The notes: generated by a model not told the origin, from the letters alone. A DNA stretch of 64,000 bases from Gammaproteobacteria bacterium (GCA_965221695.1 OZ244905.1:2272001-2336000), one strand, 5' to 3'. Positions 1 to 12,852 are shown, counted from the stretch's first letter. Made by a program: numbers and translations.

Positions 1-304
1 GCCCAACGCTCCCGCGGCTGAACCGGCGCCGAGCGCCGAACCGGCAGAATCGGAGGAACCTGAGGAAAATATCATTCGCTCGCCCATGGTGGGAATTTTC
101 TATGAAGCCCAGGCGCCGGATAAACCATCTTTTGTCGAACTCGGCCAGACCGTGGCAAAGGGCGATGTGCTCTGTATCATAGAAGCAATGAAGATCATGA
201 ATCAGGTGGAATCCGAGAAAGCCGGCATCGTGAGTCGCATCATGGGTGTCAACGGCGAGCCTGTGGAATTCGGGCAGCCCCTGTTCATAATCCGTGACCA
301 GTAG
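1..304 (+). CDS. accB: Acetyl-CoA carboxylase biotin carboxyl carrier protein, 5'-truncated by the window edge
   Basis: SPMVGIFY and EAMKIMN biotinylation motif, VEFGQPLF C-terminus, Ala/Pro-rich linker upstream, directly before accC. Confidence 0.95.
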   Translation, partial: PNAPAAEPAPSAEPAESEEPEENIIRSPMVGIFYEAQAPDKPSFVELGQTVAKGDVLCIIEAMKIMNQVESEKAGIVSRIMGVNGEPVEFGQPLFIIRDQ

Positions 305-352
305 CCTCTGCGCCAGCCGGGGCGCCTCGACTGAATCAAAGGCGAGATAACA

Positions 353-1696
353 ATGCTTGAGAAAGTGGTCATTGCCAACCGGGGCGAGATAGCTCTGCGT
401 ATCCTGCGTTCCTGCCGCGAACTCGGTATCAAGACCGTCGCCGTGTTCTCGGAAGTGGACCGCGATCAAAAACATGTGTTGCTGGCTGATGAAGCGGTGT
501 GCATCGGCCCGGCTGCGTCCGCCGGTAGCTACCTGAATATCCCCGCTGTCATCAGCGCCGCGGAAGTCACAGATGCAGCGGCGATACATCCAGGCTATGG
601 CTTTCTGGCAGAGAATGCCGATTTTGCCGAAAGGGTCGAAGAAAGCGGCTTTATTTTTATCGGTCCGCGCGCCGATACTATCCGCCTGATGGGCAGTAAG
701 ATCTCCGCCCGAGAACAGATGCGGAAATTCAATGTGCCCTGTGTCCCCGGTTCCGATGGTGATATAGGCGATGATATCGATGAAATCGGCAGAATCGCCC
801 GAGAACTGGGCTACCCGGTTATCATCAAAGCCGCCGCCGGCGGCGGCGGAAGAGGGATGCGCATTGTGCGCGGAGAGGCGACCTTGCGCAATGCTGTGAC
901 ATTGACCCGAGCCGAGGCTGCCGCAGCATTTGCCGATGATACGTTGTATATGGAAAAATTTCTTGAGCGTCCGCGCCACATCGAAATACAAATCCTGGCG
1001 GATGAGGAGGCCAATGTCATCCACTTGGGGGAACGGGATTGTTCTATGCAGCGGCGCCACCAGAAGGTCATGGAGGAGGCGCCTGCGATTGGGATTACAG
1101 AGAAAATGCGCAAGGAAATCGGTGAAATCTGTGTGCATGCCTGCAAATCAATGGGTTATCGCGGCGCCGGCACCATGGAGTTCCTGTATCAGGATGGGGA
1201 GTTTTACTTTATAGAGATGAACACCCGCATTCAGGTGGAGCATCCGGTCACCGAAATGGTGACTGGTGTCGATATTGTCAAGGAACAGCTACGGACCGCT
1301 GCCGGCGAGTTGCTCAGTTACAAACAGGAAGATGTCCGCTTGCGCGGCCATGCGCTGGAATGCCGCATCCAGGCAGAGGACCCCGACACGTTCATGCCGT
1401 CGCCGGGACAGATCAAACGTTTTCATCAACCCGGCGGCCCGGGTATTCGCATGGAGACCCACATTTATGACGGATATCATATACCGCCGCACTACGATTC
1501 AATGATCGCGAAGCTTGTCGCCCATGCGGAGACCCGCGAGTTGGCCTTGGCGCGTATGTCCACGGCGTTGTCCGAGTTGGTCATAGAAGGCATCAAGACC
1601 AATGTGCCCCTGCTGCAAAAATTGCTGGATGACGCAGCATTTGTTGCCGGGGGCACCGATATCCATTATCTGGAAAACAAACACGGTCTCAAGTAA
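353..1696 (+). CDS. accC: Biotin carboxylase
   Basis: [40 protein letters not shown] motifs; 447 aa. Confidence 0.97.
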   Translation: MLEKVVIANRGEIALRILRSCRELGIKTVAVFSEVDRDQKHVLLADEAVCIGPAASAGSYLNIPAVISAAEVTDAAAIHPGYGFLAENADFAERVEESGFIFIGPRADTIRLMGSKISAREQMRKFNVPCVPGSDGDIGDDIDEIGRIARELGYPVIIKAAAGGGGRGMRIVRGEATLRNAVTLTRAEAAAAFADDTLYMEKFLERPRHIEIQILADEEANVIHLGERDCSMQRRHQKVMEEAPAIGITEKMRKEIGEICVHACKSMGYRGAGTMEFLYQDGEFYFIEMNTRIQVEHPVTEMVTGVDIVKEQLRTAAGELLSYKQEDVRLRGHALECRIQAEDPDTFMPSPGQIKRFHQPGGPGIRMETHIYDGYHIPPHYDSMIAKLVAHAETRELALARMSTALSELVIEGIKTNVPLLQKLLDDAAFVAGGTDIHYLENKHGLK

Positions 1697-1698
1697 CA

Positions 1699-2586
1699 TT
1701 GTTCACGGAATGTCCATCCTGTGAAAGCCTATATCGGATCCGCGCGGCCCAACTCTGCGCTGCCGACGGCTGGGTCAGATGCGGTAATTGTGGAGAGACA
1801 TTTCATGCTCTGGCCCGGTTGTATGATACCCCGACAAAACAACTGCTAACCCCGCATCAATCAGATGACAGCGCTGCGCCGCCGTTTTCGCAGCGCGTTG
1901 AGTTGGAGCAGACGGACACGCTGGCGCAACGCATTGAGGAGGATGCGTCCCTCGAACAGAGCGCAGCGGTTGACACTGCGCTAGCGCCTGATGAAGCAGT
2001 GACGCAACGACCTAAATCAAGAGAGACTGAAACGTCAGATCTGGACAAAGAGCTGGAAGTTCAGACTAACCTGCCGCCAGAGCTGGCAGAGGATGCCGAA
2101 AAAAGCGCCCGACCCTACGCGCGCGTCATCTGGCTGAGCCTGATTCTTATCCTGTCAACGCTGGCAGTTGCGCAGCTTGCCTGGTTTAACAGAGATCAAC
2201 TGTTGCGCGCGTATCCGGGACTCTTCCCTTGGGTGGAGCAGATTTGTGAGAGCTTGCAGTGCAAACCGATCCGTTTTCGTGATCTGTCGGCCATCAGGCT
2301 GATGAGCAGACAGGTATCGCTACACCCACGTTACCGGAATGCCCTGTTGGTAAACGCCACCCTGGTCAACGATGCCGAATTCATCCAGCCTTTTCCCGCC
2401 ATTGAGTTGCTTATTTTTTCTACTGAAGGGCAAGTTCTTTCCCGCGGCCGTTTCAAGCCTGCGGAATACCTGGAGCCGGGAATTAAGTCCTCCTCCGTCA
2501 TGCTCCCCGGCGCGCCGGCGCACCTCAAACTGGAAGTTTCCGGCCCGTCACAGGAAGCAGTAAGTTTCCTGTTTCGCCTTTATTGA
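1699..2586 (+). CDS. Zinc-ribbon (MJ0042-type) + DUF3426 membrane protein
   Basis: N-terminal CPSC...VRCGNC, acidic linker, single TM segment, C-x3-C then beta domain; usual position between accC and fis; TTG start. Confidence 0.85.
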   Translation: MFTECPSCESLYRIRAAQLCAADGWVRCGNCGETFHALARLYDTPTKQLLTPHQSDDSAAPPFSQRVELEQTDTLAQRIEEDASLEQSAAVDTALAPDEAVTQRPKSRETETSDLDKELEVQTNLPPELAEDAEKSARPYARVIWLSLILILSTLAVAQLAWFNRDQLLRAYPGLFPWVEQICESLQCKPIRFRDLSAIRLMSRQVSLHPRYRNALLVNATLVNDAEFIQPFPAIELLIFSTEGQVLSRGRFKPAEYLEPGIKSSSVMLPGAPAHLKLEVSGPSQEAVSFLFRLY

Positions 2587-2719
2587 TGGCTGGTTCTTTC
2601 TAAGAAATACAAGCGAGTTGCCGAAAGGGATTGCGCAAGGGCGCATAGCTTGATATTGTTGAAGGCGGGGATGGGCGCAACTGGACCATAAGGAAATTCC
2701 TACAAGTTCCGGATAGACT

Positions 2720-2810
2720 TAATGAAGCTCTGAACAAGTCCGTCATGGACTTGTCAGAGCGATACATCCCTGTATCGCGGGGACTTCTGACTTAAACAGA
2801 GCTTCCATAA
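2720..2810. mobile_element. Short MITE, family B (TIR about TAAGGAAGCTCTGAACAAGTC)
   Basis: Imperfect terminal inverted repeats; internal hairpin GCGATACATCCCTGTATCGC shared with the inverted copy at 43772-43932. Confidence 0.7.
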
Positions 2811-2857
2811 TAAGAGGAAGGCCTATAACAATACATGATAATAGAATTAATGACATT

Positions 2858-3124
2858 GTGACCAAACAGGATTCAACAATATCGGATTCCACCTCACAAC
2901 CTCTATGTGGATGCGTGGAAAAGACGCTGAAAAATTATTTTAATGATCTGGATGGGCAGGATACTTCGGACCTCTATGAACTGGTGATTTCCCAAGTTGA
3001 AAAGCCGTTGTTTGAAATCGTATTAGCGCAATATAATGGCAACGTCAGCCGCGCCGCGCAAGCGCTGGGCTTGAACAGGGGAACGGTATTGGGGCGATTG
3101 AAGAAATACGGCATCGTCCGCTGA
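2858..3124 (+). CDS. fis: Fis DNA-binding protein
   Basis: [13 protein letters not shown]...[19 protein letters not shown]; upstream of purH. Confidence 0.9.
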   Translation: MTKQDSTISDSTSQPLCGCVEKTLKNYFNDLDGQDTSDLYELVISQVEKPLFEIVLAQYNGNVSRAAQALGLNRGTVLGRLKKYGIVR

Positions 3125-3125
3125 C

Positions 3126-4688
3126 ATGGTTAGTGTAAGGCGCGCGCTGCTCAGTGTCTCGGATAAATCCGGGATCGTGGAATTATGCCGGGAACTTGAG
3201 CGAATGGGGATCGCGTTGCTGTCTACCGGTGGCACTTTCAGATTGCTCAGGTCCAATGATATCCAAGTGACGGATGTCTCCGACTTCACCGGGTTCCCGG
3301 AGATTATGGACGGCAGGGTTAAAACCCTGCACCCGAAGATTCATGGCGGTCTGCTCGGACGGCCAGGAGTCGATGACAGGATCATGGAAGAATTGGAGAT
3401 TCCACCCATCGACCTGGTGGTCGTCAATCTGTACCCGTTTGAAGACACCATAAAACGTCCCGACTGCGCCCTGACGGAGGCGATCGAAAACATTGATATT
3501 GGCGGCCCTGCGATGCTAAGGGCCGCAGCCAAGAATTACGAATTCACCGGCGTTGTCGTCGATAGCGCGGATTACCCCGCGCTACTAAGTGAGTTACAGG
3601 AAAACGACAACCGGCTAAGTGTAGAAACCTGTTTTCGATTGGCGCAAAAAGTCTTCTCACACACGGCAAACTACGACGCCAACGTGGCTAACTACCTGGG
3701 CGCTTCGGACCACATGGGCAACAGCAGAAATTACCCGGATACTTACACCATGCAGTTCAGCCTCGCCCAGGAGTTGAGGTATGGCGAAAACCCCCACCAG
3801 TCCGCGGCTTTTTATACCGAACCCGATCCCGCCGCCGGAACACTCGCCGCTGCGCGCCAGTTGCAGGGAAAAACGCTTTCTTACAATAATCTGGCCGATG
3901 CCGACTCCGCGTTGGAATGCGTGTCCGGATTCCGCGAGCCTGCTTGTGTGATCGTCAAACACGCCAATCCCTGTGGCGTCGCTGAAGACGAATCGCTGGC
4001 CGCAGCGTATGCCGCAGCGTATGCGACCGACCCAATTTCTGCGTTCGGCGGCATCATTGCTTTTAACCGTAGTCTGGATCCGGAAACCGCGCAAAAAATC
4101 CTCGATCAGCAGTTCGTGGAGGCGCTTCTGGCCCCGGACCTGGAACAAGGAGTCCTCTCCATAACGGAAACAAAGCCGGGAGTAAGATTGCTGGTTACCG
4201 GCAAACGGTCATCCCAGCCCGCGCAACTGGAACTCAAGCGCGTTAGCGGCGGATTGTTGGTGCAGGACTCCGATACGGGCGTCCTCAAGCCTGAACAGCT
4301 ACATGTCGTATCCCGGCGCAAACCGGCCGCCGGGGAATTGAAAGATCTGCTGTTTGCCTGGCAAGTGGCCAAATACGTGAAATCCAATGCCATCGTCTAT
4401 GCCAGGGAACGCCGAACTATTGGCATCGGCGCCGGACAGATGAGCCGGGTCTACAGCGCTCGGATCGCTGCTATCAAGGCTGCCGATGCCGGTATTGAGG
4501 TCGCCGGCGCGGTGATGGCCTCGGATGCGTTTTTCCCATTCCGGGACGGCATCGATTCCGCTGCGCAGTCAGGAGTCAGGGCCGTCATACAACCGGGCGG
4601 TTCGGTGCGGGATAAAGAGGTTATTGCGGCTGCGGATGAACATGACATGGCCATGGTATTTACCTCGATGCGCCATTTTCGGCACTGA
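3126..4688 (+). CDS. purH: Bifunctional AICAR transformylase/IMP cyclohydrolase
   Basis: [38 protein letters not shown] end. Confidence 0.97.
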   Translation: MVSVRRALLSVSDKSGIVELCRELERMGIALLSTGGTFRLLRSNDIQVTDVSDFTGFPEIMDGRVKTLHPKIHGGLLGRPGVDDRIMEELEIPPIDLVVVNLYPFEDTIKRPDCALTEAIENIDIGGPAMLRAAAKNYEFTGVVVDSADYPALLSELQENDNRLSVETCFRLAQKVFSHTANYDANVANYLGASDHMGNSRNYPDTYTMQFSLAQELRYGENPHQSAAFYTEPDPAAGTLAAARQLQGKTLSYNNLADADSALECVSGFREPACVIVKHANPCGVAEDESLAAAYAAAYATDPISAFGGIIAFNRSLDPETAQKILDQQFVEALLAPDLEQGVLSITETKPGVRLLVTGKRSSQPAQLELKRVSGGLLVQDSDTGVLKPEQLHVVSRRKPAAGELKDLLFAWQVAKYVKSNAIVYARERRTIGIGAGQMSRVYSARIAAIKAADAGIEVAGAVMASDAFFPFRDGIDSAAQSGVRAVIQPGGSVRDKEVIAAADEHDMAMVFTSMRHFRH

Positions 4689-4706
4689 TCCATTTGGAAC
4701 CCCGGC

Positions 4707-6014
4707 TTGGCATTTAATGTTCTGATCATCGGCGGCGGCGGACGGGAGCATGCGCTGGCATGGAAATCGGCGCAATCACCGGAAGTGGAAAAAGTATTCG
4801 TGGCGCCAGGCAACGCCGGCGCCGCGCTGGAGGACAAAGTCGAAAACATCGGGCTCACTGATACAGAAGGACTGATCGAATTTGCTCGCCGTAACGACGT
4901 GGCGCTGACCATTGTGGGCCCCGAGGCGCCGCTGGTGGCTGGCATCACGGACGCATTCTTCGCCGCGGGGCTGCGCTGCTTCGGCCCATCCGCACAGGCT
5001 GCGAGGCTGGAAGGTTCCAAGAGTTTCAGCAAGGCTTTTATGCGACGTCACGACATTCCAACGGCTGAATATGAGAGCTTTTCCGAAATCGATGCGGCGC
5101 TGGATTATCTCAAGTCGAGGACTTTTCCGATTGTGATCAAGGCGGACGGTCTGGCCGCAGGCAAGGGCGTGATCATTGCCCGAAACCATGCACAAGCCTG
5201 GCAGGCTCTGACCGATATGATGGCTGGCGGCAAATTCGGCGCTGCGGGGCAGCAGGTCGTCATAGAGGATTTTATCGATGGAGAAGAAACCAGCTTCATC
5301 GTGATAAGCGACGGCGATAGCATAGTCCCGCTGGCAAGTTCCCAGGACCATAAAGCCAGGGATGACGGAGACCTCGGACCCAATACCGGCGGCATGGGAG
5401 CTTATTCCCCTTCTTCCATCATGGACGCAACTCTGTATGACCAGATCATGCAGCGCGTCATTGAACCGACTATTGCCGGTATGCGGGAGGAAGGCAATCC
5501 CTACCGCGGATTCCTGTATGCCGGTCTGATGGTAGACACCGCGGGCAATCCCGTGGTTCTGGAGTTTAATTGCCGTCTGGGTGATCCCGAGACCCAGCCC
5601 ATCCTGATGCGCCTGCAAGGGGATTTGCCGGAGTTGTGTGATATGGCTCATGCGCAACAATTGCGCGCGGATACGATCTCCTGGGACCCGCGCCCGGCGG
5701 TGGGTGTGGTGATGGCTTCGTCAGGATATCCTGAAGGATCTACCCAGGGTCGGAGCATTGCCGGCCTTGCGCGTGCAGACGAGATTGCGAAGGTCTTTCA
5801 CGCTGGAACCCGGCAGGCCGGAGGCGAGATTCTCACTAACGGCGGCCGCGTGCTGTGTATCACCGCGCTGGCAGACAGTGTTACCGATGCCACGCGCAAA
5901 GTCTACCAGGCAGTGGAAGCCATAAATTGTGAAGCATTGTTTTATCGCACCGATATCGCCCAGCGCGCGCTGGCCAGGGAGGCAAAGCCGGAATATATAA
6001 AGCCCTTCAGATAA
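4707..6014 (+). CDS. purD: Phosphoribosylamine-glycine ligase
   Basis: [40 protein letters not shown]. Confidence 0.97.
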   Translation: MAFNVLIIGGGGREHALAWKSAQSPEVEKVFVAPGNAGAALEDKVENIGLTDTEGLIEFARRNDVALTIVGPEAPLVAGITDAFFAAGLRCFGPSAQAARLEGSKSFSKAFMRRHDIPTAEYESFSEIDAALDYLKSRTFPIVIKADGLAAGKGVIIARNHAQAWQALTDMMAGGKFGAAGQQVVIEDFIDGEETSFIVISDGDSIVPLASSQDHKARDDGDLGPNTGGMGAYSPSSIMDATLYDQIMQRVIEPTIAGMREEGNPYRGFLYAGLMVDTAGNPVVLEFNCRLGDPETQPILMRLQGDLPELCDMAHAQQLRADTISWDPRPAVGVVMASSGYPEGSTQGRSIAGLARADEIAKVFHAGTRQAGGEILTNGGRVLCITALADSVTDATRKVYQAVEAINCEALFYRTDIAQRALAREAKPEYIKPFR

Positions 6015-6287
6015 TGAACAGTTGTTATCTTCTTTTCATTCTGAGGTTAGCCGCGGCTTGCCAGAGCGGAAAAAACAAAAAAATTAAAATATTTCCCACA
6101 CAGCCCAAATGATTTTGTAATATAATCATAGCTTCAGGAGGAGCATTCCGATGGCATTATTTGTGAATAGCTCTATGCCAGAGATTATCTTTGACAGGGA
6201 GCGCCACGGCGCATGAACAATAAAGGGGTCTCTGATTCGTCAGTTTCCTCTGACAATTAAACTATTCTTCCTTAGAGAGGGGCAGAC

Positions 6288-6620
6288 ATGTCTTACCAAC
6301 CGCAAGCGATTTCTGAAAAGCAAACCAAATCTCAAATTCTGGCGTATATTGCCGAGGACACAGGCCTGACAAAAAAGCAGGTTGCGGCAGTACTGGACTC
6401 TATGGCCGGGCTGGCCACGCGTCACCTGCAGAACGGCGCCTCGGGTGAATTTACCATCCCTTCAATGGGCGTTAAATTAAGCCGGGTGATCAAACCTGCT
6501 CGACCGGCGCGACCTGGGATAAACCCGGCCACTGGGGAGAGAATTACCATCGCAGCAAAGCCGGCATCCGTGGCTGTGCGCGCTACGCCTTTGAAGGCTC
6601 TGAAAGACTCGGTGTCTTGA
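6288..6620 (+). CDS. HU/IHF-family DNA-binding protein
   Basis: TKSQILAYIAEDTGLTKKQV...RPGINPATGERITIAAK arm motif. Confidence 0.88.
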   Translation: MSYQPQAISEKQTKSQILAYIAEDTGLTKKQVAAVLDSMAGLATRHLQNGASGEFTIPSMGVKLSRVIKPARPARPGINPATGERITIAAKPASVAVRATPLKALKDSVS

Positions 6621-6650
6621 GGAACTTCTGACTTAATCAGAGGTTTCTTA
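6619..6650. repeat. Minimal palindromic copy of MITE family B
   Basis: GAGGAACTTCTGACTTAATCAGAGGTTTCTTA, near-identical to 28812-28848 and 53284-53316. Confidence 0.7.
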
Positions 6651-6673
6651 CTTGAATTTGCGGTTAATCCAGC

Positions 6674-6704
6674 GCCCCTGATTTCTAATCAATAAATCGG
6701 GGGC
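6674..6704. terminator. Hairpin between convergent HU-like gene and hisH, possible bidirectional terminator
   Basis: GCCCCTGATTT...AAATCGGGGGC stem; no clear U-tract. Confidence 0.4.
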
Positions 6705-6765
6705 AGCCAACTCCTGCCCCGGCCTGACCGGCAGATCGGATGTTCAGACGCGCAGACTGAACATT

Positions 6766-7422
6766 CTATGGATTCCAGTCCAGGAAATTTCTGAGCAGCG
6801 TGAGTCCGGGTCGCTGACTTTTCTCCGGGTGGAATTGCGTCGCGAACAGGTTGTCGCGCGCCGCAGCAGAGGTGAAATTGACGATATAATCCGTAAGCCC
6901 GGCTGAATCTCTCTCATCTTCCGGCTTCACATAATAGCTGTGGACGAAATAAAACCGTTCATCGTCCCGGATACCATTCCACAGAGGATGCGGCGCTGTC
7001 TGTCTTACCCTGTTCCAGCCCATATGGGGAATCTTGTACGGGTCGCCGTTTGCATCTTTGGCGGCAGCCGGGAACCTGAGCGCTTTCCCCGGGATCAGCG
7101 CCAGGCCCTCGGTTCCATTGTCCTCCTCGCTGTAATCCAACAAGGTTTGCAGGCCCAGGCAGATACCCAGGAAGGGTTTATTCAGGATACAGTCCCTGAG
7201 CAGGGCCGGAAAGTCTTTTGCAACCAGGGTCTGCATGCATTGGCCGATCGCGCCTTGCCCGGGGAACACAATGCGTTCGGCCGCCAGCACCGTATTGCGG
7301 TCACCGCTTACCAGTACTGAATAATCCCCACCGGCCACGTGCTCAAGCGCTTTTGCGACTGAATGCAGGTTGCCCGAACCGTAATCCAGGATCGCGACCG
7401 TTTTGCGCGCGCGTGCTCCCAT
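6766..7422 (-). CDS. hisH: Imidazole glycerol phosphate synthase glutaminase subunit
   Basis: DYGSGNLHSV, GICLGLQ, PHMGWN, YFVHSY, QFHPEKS. Confidence 0.96.
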   Translation of the reverse strand: MGARARKTVAILDYGSGNLHSVAKALEHVAGGDYSVLVSGDRNTVLAAERIVFPGQGAIGQCMQTLVAKDFPALLRDCILNKPFLGICLGLQTLLDYSEEDNGTEGLALIPGKALRFPAAAKDANGDPYKIPHMGWNRVRQTAPHPLWNGIRDDERFYFVHSYYVKPEDERDSAGLTDYIVNFTSAAARDNLFATQFHPEKSQRPGLTLLRNFLDWNP

Positions 7423-7436
7423 GGGCGGTTGCCGGG

Positions 7437-8033
7437 TTACAAGCTGCCTTTTGTCGAGGGCAGAATTCCTTTCATGCGCGGATCCGGTTCAACGGCCACC
7501 CGCAATGCGCGGCCGAAGGCCTTGAAGATCGTCTCCGCGATATGGTGCGTGTTCCTGCCGCGGATATTATCGATGTGCAGGGTTACCATGGCATGGTTGA
7601 CAAATCCCTGGAAGAATTCGCGCAACAGGTCGACATCGAATTCACCCACCCGTGCCCTCGGGTATTCGACATGGTAGTCCAGACCGGGCCTGCCGGAGAA
7701 ATCCAGGACCACCCGGGAGAGCGCCTCATCCAGCGGAACATACGCGTGCCCGTAACGGCGAATCCCGCGCTTGTCATCCAATGCCTGCCGGAATGCCTGC
7801 CCCAGGGAAATACCGGTGTCCTCAACGGTATGGTGCGCGTCGATTTCAAGATCGCCTTTTGCCTTGATGGCCAGGTCGAACATGCCGTGCCGCGCCACCT
7901 GGTCGAGCATGTGTTCAAGAAACGGAACGCCGACATCCAGGCTTGCATCACCCTTCCCGTCCAGGTTCAGGTCGACGGATATCTGCGTCTCTTTCGTCGA
8001 TCTCTTAATCGATGCTCGTCTTTCATTGCCCAT
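7437..8033 (-). CDS. hisB: Imidazoleglycerol-phosphate dehydratase (start taken at ATG 8033)
   Basis: [36 protein letters not shown]. Confidence 0.95.
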   Translation of the reverse strand: MGNERRASIKRSTKETQISVDLNLDGKGDASLDVGVPFLEHMLDQVARHGMFDLAIKAKGDLEIDAHHTVEDTGISLGQAFRQALDDKRGIRRYGHAYVPLDEALSRVVLDFSGRPGLDYHVEYPRARVGEFDVDLLREFFQGFVNHAMVTLHIDNIRGRNTHHIAETIFKAFGRALRVAVEPDPRMKGILPSTKGSL

Positions 8034-8171
8034 GTTTGTTTGCCAGAGTTGAAGATGTGTGCGAAGTCTAACATACAGAGAAAGGGCGCGCCGGAACATG
8101 CGCTTGCTGTGCTGGGTTCAATGCTTATGTTACTGGGGCAAACAAGGTAAAATGAAGTCAAAGAGTAATAG

Positions 8172-9119
<948 letters not shown>

Positions 9120-9137
9120 AGGTTGCAAAAAGCAACC

Positions 9138-9575
9138 TTAAACCCGCAGCCAGAATGTTACCGGACCGTCGTTGGTCAGACTGACCTGCATGTTTGCGCC
9201 GAATACGCCGGTTTGAACTTGCCCATGGGTTACCTGCACGAAGTCGGCGAGTTCATCGAACAGACGTTGGCCGGTTTCAGGTGGCGCGGCTGAACTGAAA
9301 CCGGGGCGGTTCCCTTTGCGGGTATCCGCAGGCAGCGTAAACTGCGGGACAAGCAGCAGCTCGCCGGCGATGTCCTGCAGGCTCAGGTTCATTTTTCCGG
9401 CGGAGTCGGGAAATATGCGGTATTGGATTATTCTTTGGGCCAGCCGTTTGGCTGATGCGGAAGTATCCTGCTTTTCAACACCGACCAGCGCCAGGATGCC
9501 CCGTTCGATTTGCGCTACGGCCCTGTTTTCGACTTCGACTCGGGCACAGGTGACCCGCTGTATCAGCCCGATCAT
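9138..9575 (-). CDS. dtd: D-aminoacyl-tRNA deacylase
   Basis: LIQRV, QFTL, NDGPVT. Confidence 0.95.
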   Translation of the reverse strand: MIGLIQRVTCARVEVENRAVAQIERGILALVGVEKQDTSASAKRLAQRIIQYRIFPDSAGKMNLSLQDIAGELLLVPQFTLPADTRKGNRPGFSSAAPPETGQRLFDELADFVQVTHGQVQTGVFGANMQVSLTNDGPVTFWLRV

Positions 9576-10225
9576 GCAATAGTGTTAACCCGCTGGTCAT
9601 CGGCAACCAGCAACAGGTCTGCGTGGCGTCGCGCAAACAGGCCGTTGGTGACCACGCCCACAACCTGGTTGAGTTGTTGCTCCAGCTCCGTCGGGTTGAG
9701 TATGGAAAGGTTGTGCACGTCCAGGATGACGTTGCCGTTGTCCGTAACGAAGTCTTCCCGCAGCACCGGCTGGCCACCGAGTTTGACGATTTCCCGGGCG
9801 ACGTGGCTGCGGGCCATCGGGATGACCTCGACGGGCAAGGGAAACGCGCCCAGGACATCCACCAGCTTCGAGTCATCGACGATACAGATGAACCGGTTGC
9901 TGACGGCAGCAGTGATCTTCTCCCTGGTCAGCGCGCCGCCGCCTCCCTTGATCAGTTGCCGGTGACGCGTGGCTTCATCGGCGCCGTCCACGTATACCGC
10001 GAGCTCACGTACACCGTTCAGGTCTATGATCGGAATATTATGTTCTTTCAAACGTTTTTCGGTCGCCACCGAACTGGCCACGGCGCCGTCGATACGATGC
10101 CTGATACGCGCCAGTTCGTCGATAAAGCAGTTAACCGTACTGCCGGTGCCGACACCCACGACCATATCATCTTCAATGTAATCGATTGCGGCCTTGGCGA
10201 CCCGTTGTTTCTTGTCCTGACTCAT
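9572..10225 (-). CDS. rpiA: Ribose-5-phosphate isomerase A
   Basis: [24 protein letters not shown]. Confidence 0.96.
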   Translation of the reverse strand: MSQDKKQRVAKAAIDYIEDDMVVGVGTGSTVNCFIDELARIRHRIDGAVASSVATEKRLKEHNIPIIDLNGVRELAVYVDGADEATRHRQLIKGGGGALTREKITAAVSNRFICIVDDSKLVDVLGAFPLPVEVIPMARSHVAREIVKLGGQPVLREDFVTDNGNVILDVHNLSILNPTELEQQLNQVVGVVTNGLFARRHADLLLVADDQRVNTIA

Positions 10226-10335
10226 GTGGAGGAATTTACCGTTGATATATTTCGGGTTAGCGGTTTTTGCCTGCCTGTTCCCGGTTTTGCAGGGCAGGCT
10301 TTGGCGGAAATCGTGCGTGATGTTATCTTATACAC

Positions 10336-11856
10336 ATGTTTGAAGAATACCAACCGTTAATCAGCGAAGCCGCGTCCAGGGTATACGATGTTGCCCGGCG
10401 GTCCTCCCTGGATTATGCCAACCAGACTTCCCGGACCCTGGACAACCATATCTGGCTGAAGCGGGAAGATCAGCAATTGGTATTTTCCTATAAGTTGCGC
10501 GGCGCGTATAACCTGATTGCCTCGCTGGACAAAGAGCAGAAAGCCAACGGAGTCATCGCAGCTTCCGCCGGCAACCACGCCCAGGGTGTTGCCCTGGCCG
10601 CCGGCAGGATGAATATCAGCGCAACCATCGTGATGCCGAAGACGGCGCCGGAGATCAAGGTGAGCGCGGTCAGGCGCCTCGAGGCCAGGGTGGCGCTGCA
10701 CGGCAATACCTATGACGAGGCCAGGCAGCACGCAGAGGAGCTGGCGTCTGCGGAGGGCAGGACATTCATCCCGCCTTACGACCATCCCCTGGTCATTGCC
10801 GGGCAGGCCACCGTGGGGATGGAACTGTTAGAACAGTGTGAGCAGGCGCCGGACTGTATTTTCGTCCCGGTTGGCGGTGGCGGATTGATCGCCGGAATTG
10901 CGCTGTACGTGAAAGCGAACAGCCCCGACACGCGCATCATCGGCGTGGAACACGATGGCGCAGCCAGCATGTACCGGGCGATGAAAGCCGGAACACGGGT
11001 CTCGCTGGACCATGTTGACATCTTCGCTGACGGCGCTGCGGTGCGGCAGGCCGGAGAGGAAACATTCCGCATCTGCCGGGAATTGGTCGATGAGATCCTG
11101 CCGGTCAATGTTGATGAAATCTGCGCCGCAGTCAAGGATATATTTGAGGATACCCGATCCATCCCGGAACCTGCGGGCGCGCTGGCCCTGACCGGGTTGA
11201 AAAAATATGTGCAGCGGGAGAATCTGCGGGATAAGCAACTGGTTGCCATTTTCAGCGGCGCCAACGTGAACTTTGACCGGCTGCGCCACATCGCTGAACT
11301 GTCAGCGCTGGGCGAGCAGCGGGAGGCATTGATATGCGTAACGATTTCCGAACGTCCCGGCAGTTTCCGCAACCTGTGCCATAACCTGGGGCCGCGCCAG
11401 ATCACGGAATTCAACTATCGGTACTGCGATACCGAACAGGCGCATATCTTTGTCGGCGTACAGTTGCGCAACGGTGTAAAGGAGAAGAACCAGGTACTGG
11501 CAAATCTGCGGGACAAGGGTTACGAGGTGATTGACCTGAGCAATGACGAAGTGGCGAAGATGCATATCCGTTACATGGTTGGTGGGCATGCGGCCGGCAT
11601 CACCGACGAGTTGTTGTACCGGTTTGAATTTCCCGAGCGTTCCGGTGCATTGCTGCATTTTCTCACACAGCTCAGCTCGCGCTGGAACATCAGCCTGTTT
11701 CACTACCGCAACCACGGGGCCGCATACGGGCGCGTGCTCATGGGCATACAGGTACCGTCAGACCAGACCGGAGAATTTCAGGATTTCCTTGACGGCCTGG
11801 GTATTGACTATTCGGAAGAGACGAACAATCCTGCCTACAGGTTGTTTTTGAACTGA
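10336..11856 (+). CDS. ilvA: Biosynthetic threonine ammonia-lyase
   Basis: LKREDQQ...SYKLRGA, ASAGNHAQGV, two ACT-like domains, HYRNHGAAYGRV. Confidence 0.96.
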   Translation: MFEEYQPLISEAASRVYDVARRSSLDYANQTSRTLDNHIWLKREDQQLVFSYKLRGAYNLIASLDKEQKANGVIAASAGNHAQGVALAAGRMNISATIVMPKTAPEIKVSAVRRLEARVALHGNTYDEARQHAEELASAEGRTFIPPYDHPLVIAGQATVGMELLEQCEQAPDCIFVPVGGGGLIAGIALYVKANSPDTRIIGVEHDGAASMYRAMKAGTRVSLDHVDIFADGAAVRQAGEETFRICRELVDEILPVNVDEICAAVKDIFEDTRSIPEPAGALALTGLKKYVQRENLRDKQLVAIFSGANVNFDRLRHIAELSALGEQREALICVTISERPGSFRNLCHNLGPRQITEFNYRYCDTEQAHIFVGVQLRNGVKEKNQVLANLRDKGYEVIDLSNDEVAKMHIRYMVGGHAAGITDELLYRFEFPERSGALLHFLTQLSSRWNISLFHYRNHGAAYGRVLMGIQVPSDQTGEFQDFLDGLGIDYSEETNNPAYRLFLN

Positions 11857-11896
11857 TACGTTAACGAGTCGCGAAAGGCGACAGGTAGGGTAAGGT

Positions 11897-12084
11897 GGGT
11901 ATCAACCGTCGTGCCGTTACGGGCGATAAACTTGAACCAAGGGTTCAAGTGGGAACAGCGGGCGTTATATCAGGCTTCCCAGTTCTCGTGGGCATGCACA
12001 CAATAGCGCGGTTCAGTTCCCTCCATTACAGGAAATAAGCTCAAGTTTTTGTAGGCCCGCGCGCGAACACGACAGAAGATACCC
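11897..12084 (-). ncRNA. ssrS: 6S RNA
   Basis: Immediately downstream of zapA; ends pair (GGGTATC/GATACCC); contains GTGTTCGC..GCGGGCC, GAAGCCT and CTTGAACC..GGTTCAAG motifs resembling E. coli 6S; about 188 nt. Confidence 0.88.
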
Positions 12085-12088
12085 AAAA

Positions 12089-12388
12089 CTAATTGTCACC
12101 GACTAAAACGCCATCAATTTTTGTTTGCAGGCGTTTTACCATCATGTCTACCGATTCAGTATAGTCCTTATTTTTGCGTTTGTATGCAAGCAGTTCATTG
12201 GCAATATTAAGCGCCGCCATAATCACAATACGTTCAGTGCCGACTATGCTGCCGCTGGTTTTCACTTCCAGCAGTTTCTCGTTGAGAAAATCCACCACTG
12301 CATACAACTGTTCCCGCTCATCGTCCGGGGCAGATATCAGGTATTCTTTGTCGAGAATCGTTACTCGAACCGGACTCGATTGTGTCAT
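12089..12388 (-). CDS. zapA: Cell division protein ZapA
   Basis: VTILDKEY...ERIVIMAALNIANE; adjacent to 6S RNA. Confidence 0.92.
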   Translation of the reverse strand: MTQSSPVRVTILDKEYLISAPDDEREQLYAVVDFLNEKLLEVKTSGSIVGTERIVIMAALNIANELLAYKRKNKDYTESVDMMVKRLQTKIDGVLVGDN

Positions 12389-12609
12389 GAACGGGTTTCC
12401 ATCGCCCGCAGCCGCGCAATCATGGATTCGATACGAAACCTTGCCTGCTCTGTCTTTTCAATGAGCACAGCGCGCTCACTGATCAGATTTTTTTGCTGGT
12501 CACGCAAGGCAGAATTCTCATTTTTTAATGCATCGACTGTCTTGATGAGATCATCGACCCGCGCCTCAAGAACCCCCAAATCTACGCTTTCAAGGTTATT
12601 TTCTGACAT
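12385..12609 (-). CDS. TIGR02449-family (ZapB-like) coiled-coil protein
   Basis: LEARVDDLI...ENSALR...RIESMIARLRAME; overlaps zapA start. Confidence 0.85.
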   Translation of the reverse strand: MSENNLESVDLGVLEARVDDLIKTVDALKNENSALRDQQKNLISERAVLIEKTEQARFRIESMIARLRAMETRS

Positions 12610-12703
12610 TGATATAGTTTCCGCGGCTGTTTGTTTCCCATAAAACCACTGGTATTCAGTACCAATATAGAACGCGGCTGCAAGGTGGTCAAGTTTGATG
12701 GTA

Positions 12704-12852
12704 ATGGGATAGGAGGCGCTTCCGTCAACACTGCCACCATACCACTTCCACGGAAGCGGGAGTCCAGTCGAATAGAGTGTCGCCCTTCCACCAAACCACT
12801 CCCGCGGAAACGGGAGTCCAGTCTATTATTCTGTCGACCGCAGGGCGACTCA
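12704..12852 (-). repeat. Degenerate array of repeat family A (about 1.5 units, inverted orientation)
   Basis: Two CCACT(T/C)CC..CGGAA.CGGGAGTCCAGTC motifs, reverse complement of the unit at 52686-53196. Confidence 0.8.

Noticed and set aside
8034-8099. Extended hisB start
   Set aside because: HisB homology starts at MGNERRA (ATG 8033)
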